Assembly (NCBI GenBank): GCA_001599295.1
Contig: BCGN01000007.1
Span: forward strand, 1,167,791 to 1,231,790
Length of the DNA: 64,000 bases
Direction of reading: 5' to 3'
Source of the DNA: Sporopachydermia quercuum
Lineage: Eukaryota
Shown here in pieces: positions 55,097 to 64,000 of the stretch. Every line of letters begins with the position of its first letter. The first letter of the stretch is position 1. The position numbers were made by a program, and so were the translations under genes. The notes under the pieces are model-generated. The model was not told the DNA's origin. It did not search any database and saw only the letters and a list, made by a program, of their open reading frames with translations.

Positions 55097-57952
55097 CTAA
55101 TGGATACCCAGTTGTGTGGCAAATGCAGTACTCATACTCTGAATGTCGTCATCCAAATCATTTCTTTCAAACTTTGTTGATTGAACGTACTGATTCAATG
55201 TACTATCAAAATTGACGGGCCCAGAGCTAAGTTTATCACTGTTAGCAATACCATTGAATTCCTCATAGTCAGGAACAAAACTCATCAAGCTCTCAGTATC
55301 GAAATTCGAAGACACAGCGGATGAGCCAAAATTGGTGCTATTGAGTCCATACAAGCCGCCAGGACGTCTTGATCTAGATCTATGATCCTTCGTAAGTTTC
55401 AAAGGACTTACCTGTAAATTATCCAATAAACCTTCAACCAAACAGCCATTTTCTTTGAAATGCAACAACAACTCTCTCCATAAAGTGTTCTTAACTAGAG
55501 AATTGGGATTGCCAATAACGATCAGCCCAAATTTAGCTCTTGTTAAAGCAACATTCAAACGNTTAGGATCTTTCAAGAACCCAATCATATTTTGATCATT
55601 AGAACGAACACATGAAAGGATAATGATATCTTTTTCTCTACCCTGGAAAGCATCAACAGATGCCACCTCAATTCTCTCGTATAAATCTTTTGACATCAAT
55701 CCACTAAACTGCATATACTGTGAAATATATTCCCTTTGGCCCTCATAAGGGGTAATTACACCAATTTGTTCGGGTTCAAATCCATCCCTTAAAAATTTCG
55801 AGATAGTCTGCTCAACATTAGCTGCCTCACTACGGTTGAGATAACTAACGCCATTCTGTGAAAGCTCTTCTTTTCCATAGGTACACCAGAACATCATAGG
55901 AGTCGATCGAACAGGCCAGGGAAATGAACAATGAGAGATAGTTCTGTTTCTTTCTGTGACACCGTTCTGTAGACTTCCTTCATAGAAAATGTTACTAGAA
56001 AAAGCACTGAGCTTAGGATGCATTCTATATTGAACAGTCAATCTGATTGGAATATGTCCTAGAATAATCAATCTTTCGAACAGTGAACGTTTCAATCCTG
56101 CATTGGCCGCTGGTTTACTCAGTATAACAGGTCCCAATTGCTGATGATCACCTACAAGGATGACTTGTTTACAACCTTTAACTAGAGGAATCAAACATTC
56201 AGGTTCAGCGGCTTGAGCAATTTCATCAATCAACACAGTGCTAAATCTCATATTCTCTAATCTTCTGTCACCAGCCCCAACACAGGTGCAACAGATAACA
56301 TCAGCTTTCTCTAAAATGGTCTTTTCTTGGTTTCGCAAAAGACTTCTGTACTTCTTCAAATCCTTAGGAGACAGTTCACCAGTCAAACTTTTGAGCTCAT
56401 CTAGCTTGGAAAGTTCTTTATTTCCCTTTACTCTGCTATGCAACGTAATAGAAGTGCTACTCTGGTCTAAATCCTCCTTACTCTTAGCCATAACCCGCAC
56501 TACGTTCAACTTCATCTCTTCAAGCTTCGAAGCCAAATGATCAACTGCCACATTCGATGGAGCACATACTAAAACACGAGGTCTATCTTTTGATCTCTTG
56601 GATTCTTTCTCCATCAGTTGAACTAAATGATACACAATAGTAGCAGATGTAACTGTCTTACCAGTTCCTGGAGGTCCTTGAATCAAAGACAAAGGACGCT
56701 TTAAAACAGCTCTGACTGCATTTGCTTGAGAAACATTCAGTTCAGGGAATCCTGGAACAGAGAATGTGTCTGGTAGCTTACTGTTCAGTGTTATAGGTTC
56801 AACCTCGTGGCCCATAAGATTATGATATATGTAACCAGATACAGAAAGATTATCAATAGCGAAATCTTTCATAGCCTTCTGCATTCTCTTGAAAGTAACG
56901 CCCTTCCAAACCAATCTTACGATGAAATTATTCTTTTTATCAACTGGTATTTCTTCCTCTTTATATCGACCTTCTGGACATCTACCATTAAGCTCTAATA
57001 CGACCTGAAAACCAATACCATCAATAATCTTTGTAACGAAACCAAAACCCATCCAAGAATTATTGTAATCACCATCGTACTCTAGTAGCATTTCATCACC
57101 AACAGAAACTTTCAAACGACCCTCATATCTTGGTAAGGAAAAAGAAACCAAATGTTTCCCATTTAAACCAAGATCCCACGATACAAATACATTTCTAAAA
57201 ACTAAAGACTCAGTTTCAATTCTATTGCAGTCATCTTCTAACTTCACCAAAGGACCATAAGATCGTTGATATTCATAACCATCAACAAATCTTATAGGGA
57301 TTGGCTCAATATCTTCTTCCTGTCTTTCAATAGTCTCCAACTCTTCAAATGTAATGTCTTTTTTCATTCTCCAAGCATCCTCCAATAAGGAAACTTGATT
57401 CAAGTCGATTTTTCTTGCACCGAAAACTTCGTCCTCAGTAGGAATTGCTGTTACCCAGCTTAATAGCTGCTTGTCTTCAATCAAAGATTGCCATTCATTA
57501 GTATCCCAGTAGGAGCTGTTGCCCTTGATAGAGCATGGATTTCTGCAGAGAATGACCAACACGGTTTCTGATTGTGCCGAAACAAATCCCAATGTGAAAA
57601 CATTTTTGCCGCCACAGTTATAACATTGCAAGATATTATCACCATAGTCTGAATAAGGATGCAATGATATCGTTTTATGCTTGGAATAAACCAAATGTGT
57701 TATGATGTGTGATCCCCGGGTACCAGCATTGGAATTACAAAACCACTTCTCACAATCAGCGCATTTAGCTAAGCATGCAGGATTATTGATCCCACAATAG
57801 GAACATGATTCTTTACAAGTTTGGTGTGATGTTTCACCGGCTTCAGTTAATTCTTCTTCAATGAAAGCATCTAATCTACTGTCGTCAGATAAATTATCGT
57901 CTGAATACTCAGAAGCATTTACCTCTGATTGATTCTCGTTAATTTCCTGCAT
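55097..57952 (-). CDS. NAM7: NMD helicase Upf1
   Basis: CH domain CSYCGI..KWFCN..SHIITHLV..CYNCG.KNVF.LGF; helicase motifs LIQGPPGTGKT, VLVCAPSNVAVD, LVGDHQQLGP, QYRMHP, SVDAFQGREKD and RLNVALTRAK. Confidence 0.95.
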   Translation of the reverse strand: MQEINENQSEVNASEYSDDNLSDDSRLDAFIEEELTEAGETSHQTCKESCSYCGINNPACLAKCADCEKWFCNSNAGTRGSHIITHLVYSKHKTISLHPYSDYGDNILQCYNCGGKNVFTLGFVSAQSETVLVILCRNPCSIKGNSSYWDTNEWQSLIEDKQLLSWVTAIPTEDEVFGARKIDLNQVSLLEDAWRMKKDITFEELETIERQEEDIEPIPIRFVDGYEYQRSYGPLVKLEDDCNRIETESLVFRNVFVSWDLGLNGKHLVSFSLPRYEGRLKVSVGDEMLLEYDGDYNNSWMGFGFVTKIIDGIGFQVVLELNGRCPEGRYKEEEIPVDKKNNFIVRLVWKGVTFKRMQKAMKDFAIDNLSVSGYIYHNLMGHEVEPITLNSKLPDTFSVPGFPELNVSQANAVRAVLKRPLSLIQGPPGTGKTVTSATIVYHLVQLMEKESKRSKDRPRVLVCAPSNVAVDHLASKLEEMKLNVVRVMAKSKEDLDQSSTSITLHSRVKGNKELSKLDELKSLTGELSPKDLKKYRSLLRNQEKTILEKADVICCTCVGAGDRRLENMRFSTVLIDEIAQAAEPECLIPLVKGCKQVILVGDHQQLGPVILSKPAANAGLKRSLFERLIILGHIPIRLTVQYRMHPKLSAFSSNIFYEGSLQNGVTERNRTISHCSFPWPVRSTPMMFWCTYGKEELSQNGVSYLNRSEAANVEQTISKFLRDGFEPEQIGVITPYEGQREYISQYMQFSGLMSKDLYERIEVASVDAFQGREKDIIILSCVRSNDQNMIGFLKDPXRLNVALTRAKFGLIVIGNPNSLVKNTLWRELLLHFKENGCLVEGLLDNLQVSPLKLTKDHRSRSRRPGGLYGLNSTNFGSSAVSSNFDTESLMSFVPDYEEFNGIANSDKLSSGPVNFDSTLNQYVQSTKFERNDLDDDIQSMSTAFATQLGIH

Positions 57953-60900
57953 GGCATAGCATGTGTTATTCTACATAGAATGTGTCAATTTCGCCCTCCC
58001 GTGTAAAAGTCTTCTTCACAGTGCTTCAACAAATTAACCCCTATGACTTTATACCAGTATGTAAACTTTTTGTCCATTTAGATTGTTTACCCCCCAACAC
58101 ATAGATTCTATCAACAAAATAAGAATAATGATTGCTACTTCTCCTTCCTCAAGTTTTTTTTCATTTTCATTTTTCATCGGCACTCTAAATTGAAAATATA
58201 TGAAAGGAGACGTAAAGTATTCATTTACTCAGAAACATGGAGCATGTGATGTAGAAACACTGGGGGAAAGACAGAAGATAGAAAATGTGAGGAAAATGTT
58301 CTGGTGCTCTTAAAGAAAGATGGAAACGAATGGTGGCAGAATGAATAGCTAGTGAATATCAATGGGTACTAAAAATTTGAGATTTTGAGAATAATTGTGG
58401 GAATTTAATTGTATATGATGAAAGAATAGAAGTCGGAAATGAAGTTTGATCGAACGAAAGAAACACCTCTTGAAACAGGTCGATTATTTTGCTCCCCTTT
58501 CTTGGCCATTACTCCGTCGAGTCTTCTATTATCATGAAGTACGAATTAAGTTTCAATAGGCTTAAGGTTTTCCTAAAAGAGGTTTAGGGTTAACCATATG
58601 ATGTAACTTTTCTTAAGGCATCCTTACTCAGCTTTCTCTTTCTGCTCGGTTACGGAATCAACGACTAGGTGAACAGCTTAATAGTAGTGGACTTCTGGTT
58701 GTAATTCTTCAGAAGTTTGTTGTTTTGACAGAGTGAGATAACTGGGGGTGATCGAAGGGGTGATGGAAGTTGTTTTCGATATGAAAATCTTGATGTTATG
58801 AGAAATGGGACGGAGGGTGTTATTGGCTTCAGTACATCTATGGTGTGTTGTTAGAGTTGTTACAAGATGAGGCTGAATAAGTTGTAATATACAACTCTTC
58901 ATTGAACAGCTTTAAGAAACTAATTGGTTATAGATGTCAGAGATCTAGAGGGCAAACGGAGTGGAGGAATACTGCTTGTGGTAGATTATGAAGTGTTATG
59001 AGCAACTAAGAATCCTATCAATTAATATCACTTCTACAGTAGTATAATTGAAGTTGAGAACCTCCCAACTGAACCCAATTCACAGGTTGTGTTTTCTGAA
59101 GATATTTCTATCGTACTTAATACTACATTTCCTATCCGAACATGGCTATCTATCAACACACTTACAACTCTGTAGTTTCTCTATGATTTACACTACATAG
59201 TTTTCCTACATTTCTCCTCTTACACTCAGAATGCCACTCCTTTCTCTCTAAAATAATCTAACTAAGACTTTCTAGGCCACTTCAGTTTTGCTCTCTCCAC
59301 ACTTTCCGAAGCTATCTATACCTTCAAACGAATTGTTTTTCTCTTCTCTTTCACTTCTTGCTATTCAATTGATCGTGGGCTTAGAAAAAAAGTAGTATCT
59401 TTTGTCCTCTTTTCGTTCATTAAGCGATTTCACTTGAGCATTTCCCATTTGGATAACATTTAATTGAATTGATACAAATGCGGGTGAAAAAATGGAACTT
59501 AAGGTACTAACTTTAAATTTGGAAAAGCTCAATTTACGAGTTTAATGAATGAAATAAACGATTGAAGCCAAAGCGAAAAAGACAAGAAGAGCTGGGAGAT
59601 GAGATGAATATTCTATTGATTAGTGTGTTAGCTTACAATGCTTAGCTGCAAGATGATAATTAAGACTCATCTGTAATGGAAAGTTATTGATTGCCATCAA
59701 TCAATCCAGTTCCTTGTACAAGATGTAGAAATTTCAATGTATATGGTATGTTTTGGTACGACAATTTTGGAACAACGATTTCATGAGATCGACAAGTATA
59801 TATATAGTATGAAAGGTCGGTAATAAATTTGTATATTGTAGAGCACATATAGAATTGAATAAATGACAGTACCTCCATGATGTAGGATATGGTTGTGACT
59901 AGAAAACTGTTCAAAGCAATTCCATGAAACAAAGCTTTAGCAGTGTCTGTTCAATATTCTTTGACAGCAACAAATGTTGAAAAGCAGTATCCAGAGAGAC
60001 TTTCACCATTGGCGATTTGAAGATAGCCAACAGTATATGGTATGAACAAAATGATGAAGAAGTGAAATACCACTTATTACCAAGCTTTCTCTCTCGACGA
60101 AAAGCTACCCTACATATCTGCCAGAGGGCATAATGACAAGTAAGTTTACCCCTGGATCTTGATGAACAAACGGTCTCATCTCATCTCCACTTCCATCACT
60201 GAAGACAAGGTGATGATTAGGCAAGATCTACATAAAACTGAGGACACAATCAATCACCAAAGAAGGTTATGTTCTTGTCATTTGTCATTTAATATACAAG
60301 AGTTTTCAAAGGCAACCCATTAGCAGGGGTTGGATATCTTGCTTATCCGTATTACCCCCTTCCTGCATACACAACTATAGATTACTTGAAAATCATCAAC
60401 CATCAACCATATTTTACCAATCTTTCTTTGTTCTTTTCGTTTCCTTCAACTTCAATGTTGTGGAGCTACTATATACAAATGAGTATTCTTGTTCTTAGCG
60501 GATTGTTCCTCTCCAGTTTCTTATAGCTTTATAGAGACTTTATAACTGACTAACTTGTAGCTTGCAAATGAGTTGAGTCCGTAGAGATATAAAACTTTAA
60601 CAAATTGTCAATAGTTTTCTTCTCTCCACTATTCACAGTTAATCCATCTCATTCTTCTCTTCGAATTGAGTATTCTACCTTCCTTTATTCGTTCTTCTGA
60701 AGTATTCCACATTATATCATTACGGAAGCCAAGGCATTTAAGCATAGACATGCATTACTAACTCTTAACTTTAATCCTTTGTGAACCATCCTATGCACCA
60801 GTTTTGGAAGAGTTAGTAAATCTTTGATCTCTTAGTGCACTCAAATTTGAGACACCTAACTTTGTTATACCAGAACGACTTATATTATTAAACTAAGATA

Positions 60901-62374
60901 AAACCTGTATATAGGAATATACGATTTTACAACGTTGACAAAAATCTTTTTCTTTACCAGGGTTCAAGTTTTCCTACTTGTTTAATTCTAACAGACTTCC
61001 TTTGAACTGTACCGTGCTAGTTTCCAACCTCATTCATTTTTTTATAATCGCCCATCTACCAAGTCAAAGTGTGCTTCTTTCTACGCAGGTACTTACATAT
61101 TCTAATTTTAATTAAAGTTAAGCTCAGAGCCTAGCTATTAACCTAAATAGTGAAGGTTACAGTTTATATACTCTTCCACTTAAACCTTATACAGCTACTA
61201 GGTAACCAATCTTAAACTTTCAACCTTAACTGCTAATCAGTGCATTTTTTGAGCTTGTATTCTTTGCATTCCATGCCCGCTCCGTCTTTCTTTCGTTCCC
61301 ACGATATAATTAAAATTCAACTAAGACCCACTTTAATAATCGAGCAATTGATCAGAATCTTCTTTCTGTTAATCTATTCATATCGGTGTTTTAATAAACA
61401 ACCAGTTCAGTTCGCTTTAATCTTTACAAAATTTCAACCTACTTCGGTTTCCAATTTGACAAAATTAGCTCAGCATCGAACAAATATATACAGTGAATCA
61501 AATCTTAATCCTGTTTTGCATCTGTTTTCCATTGGTAACTTGTTCGTTAGTAAGTTAACTAGTTGTCACCCTGAACTAAAAAATAGCAGACAAAAATATC
61601 ACGTACTTCAAAGACGCACCGAAGCAAATGATGATTGTAAAGTCAGTGTTGAATTGATCTGTATTTGCTTTGAATATATCTGGGTCACTTAATTTTTTTT
61701 TTATTTGATTTGATTTCATATTCACTGAAATAGGAGGGGAATACTTTCATTGGGAGCGAAGAACAAGCACTTTTTATGAAAATATTGACGACAATATTGC
61801 TAAGAGACGGATTGGAGTGAACTAACAAGGAGTTATCAGTCGTGAAGTTGGTTTCAGTAGTGTAATTTTATTGAAAGAAGGAGTAGAGAGAGAGATAAGA
61901 GAAAAGACAGGAAAAGAAAAGAAAAGATAGAAAGATAGGAGCAATAAGACAAAGGAGATAGTTGTTACCGCCAGGATAGTCGAGGTACTCAGATCAAAAT
62001 AGCTGTTACATTGTCGATTGGAACTCCTAAGGTATTCGCTGAGTTGAGTTCCGGATACCAGAAAGATAACGACGGGAAGTTTTCTCAATAGTTTATCATA
62101 GTAGTCGATATCATTCTTCTTTGACTCGAATCCATTTTGAAGAAGAAGGAAAGAAAACAATTAAAACCGCAGAAGATATACGGCCTGAAGGTCTTGTAGT
62201 ATGGTAAAGCTTGTGATTCCTATAGCATGGTGAATATCATCTAGAAAAAGAGAACCTCTTGAATCGCCAGATACAAAACTCACAGCTTATCTATCGAGTG
62301 ATTCTGTAAGAAAGAATTACGAATATACTCTAATTTGTATTTATATCAACTATTGGATAAAGCAGCCACAAAAA

Positions 62375-63688
62375 ATGGTTGAGGTCTATAAAAATTTCAT
62401 CCACAATATGATTTGGTGGAGCTCGTTATTAATTTTGTTCTCGGGTGTGAAAGCGTTTGAACAAAGTGTCTGCTCATCAGACAATACCTCACCGGAGGAG
62501 CCTGTATCGTATGAATTTAATTCAAATGGTTATTGTCGAGACCGTTGTGCATACGAAGGCTATGCACTAGCAGTTGTTCAAGGAGATGATTGCTGGTGTA
62601 CGAATTACCTACCTGCTGCTTCGACAAGCGTAGGTTCTTGTTCAGATACTTGTCCAGGGTATCCAGCAGAACTATGTGGTAATGTTGAACAAAATCTTTA
62701 TGGTTATATCGAAATAAGTACCCCCAGTGGCACACAAGGTTCAGACACAGTTTCCACTTTAAGCTCTGATACAAGCTCTGATACAAGCTCTGATACAAGC
62801 TCTGACACAAGCCCTGATACAAGTTCTGATACAAGTTTAGATTCAAGTTCAGAATCAAGTTCAGATTCTAGCTCAACTTCTAGCTCAACTTCTAGCTCAA
62901 CTTTTAGCTCAAGCTCAAGTGAAACCCCAAGTTCTAGTGATGAAACGACTTCTCCTTCTCCATCTCCAACATCTACAAGCGATATTGAATCCACATCACC
63001 AACGGAAGAGGTGACGTTATTACAAACATCCACGCAACAAATAGTATACACAACAATGATAACAGGGTCAGTAGAGACGATATTTGTTAGTGAAAGCGGT
63101 AGTGGTGGTCCAAGTGGGACAACTCAACAGCCAGGTGAAACATACATAATGACGTCACTGGTAACATCAATAGTATCGATTATATCCACAGCATCTCCTA
63201 CGATTGACAGCGAACCCGCATCTTCTTCATTGTCGTCAAGTACATCACAAGACTCCCCAAGCGCAAAGCCAAGCTCCAATTCCTTTTGGTCAGATGGTGG
63301 TAAAGTTGCTGGAGTGTTTGTCGTGGTGGGGGTTGTTGTACTAGCCCTAATAGGATTGTTGTTATGGTGGTATTGTCGTCGAAGACGTAATGGAAGTGAC
63401 TCTACAAAACAACCTGAAATGGAAGAACGGCTAAGAGTGAATCCTGCATTCGCTGCTTCTTATGATAACGAACCTTTACCATCAGGTTCTGATGACGATC
63501 TAACGATTCCACTACCAGCAGTTGAAGTAGACCAAAGACTTGATCCTAATCATATATACATGCGTTGGTATCAGAATGAGTCCAAACGATCATTACAGGA
63601 TGATCATGATTATTCAAGAAGGGTTTTTACCGTTGCCAATCCAGATCCTGACAGACCATCGCTTGAGAAACAACACAGTAAATCTTGA
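62375..63688 (+). CDS. WSC4: WSC-domain type I membrane protein, Wsc4-like
   Basis: Signal peptide (the second ATG at 62408 may be the start); WSC domain QSVCSSDNT..SNGYC..CWC..CPGYPAELCG..LYGYI like Wsc4 (QSVCSSQNT); Ser/Thr stalk, one TM, tail VDQRLDP..DYSRRV..ANPD. Confidence 0.8.
   Translation: MVEVYKNFIHNMIWWSSLLILFSGVKAFEQSVCSSDNTSPEEPVSYEFNSNGYCRDRCAYEGYALAVVQGDDCWCTNYLPAASTSVGSCSDTCPGYPAELCGNVEQNLYGYIEISTPSGTQGSDTVSTLSSDTSSDTSSDTSSDTSPDTSSDTSLDSSSESSSDSSSTSSSTSSSTFSSSSSETPSSSDETTSPSPSPTSTSDIESTSPTEEVTLLQTSTQQIVYTTMITGSVETIFVSESGSGGPSGTTQQPGETYIMTSLVTSIVSIISTASPTIDSEPASSSLSSSTSQDSPSAKPSSNSFWSDGGKVAGVFVVVGVVVLALIGLLLWWYCRRRRNGSDSTKQPEMEERLRVNPAFAASYDNEPLPSGSDDDLTIPLPAVEVDQRLDPNHIYMRWYQNESKRSLQDDHDYSRRVFTVANPDPDRPSLEKQHSKS
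62762..62833 (+). repeat. Coding minisatellite (AGCTCTGATACA)x6, encoding SSDT repeats in the WSC stalk
   Basis: Six near-perfect 12-nt units visible directly. Confidence 0.85.
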
Positions 63689-64000
63689 TTGCACATCTCT
63701 GTGAAACATTAGGTATGTTTTGCATTTTATTTTTAATTTGACTTCTATGATCATAATTATAGTATTGTATTTATCTNTCTCAAGCAACGAAAAAGAAGAA
63801 AAAAGAGAATAAAGTAGTTATAATCCATTCTATTCAGTATTTTTTCATCGACATGGAGCTCAAAGGATTCCACGCTCTTTACCTGATGCGTTCGTTGTGT
63901 TACAATATTTATATTGGTCTATCCTCACGGCAATATATGGTAGATTATTTTAGATCTGTTCACTTGATGATGAATCTTTTTATGACTTGGAATTTGGTAG

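Noticed and set aside
61240..61692. 150-aa GTG-start ORF upstream of WSC4
   Set aside because: No recognisable domain, intergenic-like composition and a non-AUG start.

Overview
Gene-dense 64-kb nuclear segment of an intron-containing budding yeast (Saccharomycotina). CTG codons sit at conserved Leu positions, so the code looks standard. I can support 18 protein genes: NUP133 (partial), RPF2, MTD1, SPC97, GYP1, TRZ1, VPS5, ALG8, CYT1, YNG1, AIM29, alpha-actinin, CKA2, SLD7, probable HSK3, a Reg1/YKR075C-family gene, NAM7/UPF1 and WSC4. There are also 2 tRNA genes (Gly-GCC and intron-containing Phe-GAA). Reading splice signals by hand gave 12 spliceosomal introns, corrected five gene models and recovered AIM29, which the ORF track misses. 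Most genes keep the order and orientation of the S. cerevisiae YKR074W-YKR082W / YOR060C-YOR070C sister blocks. Best leads: (1) a non-AUG, acid-free, presequence-like 73-codon extension on TRZ1; (2) long introns whose ends pair in nested helices, including a perfect 17-bp stem in the RPF2 intron; (3) an orphan double-hairpin/pseudoknot element at 45.56-45.67 kb; (4) three AUGs in three frames at the UPF1 start; (5) a coding-like in-frame tail behind the GYP1 UAG-C stop. I found no transposase, LTR element, rRNA or CRISPR. All homology calls come from recalled motifs, not from database searches.
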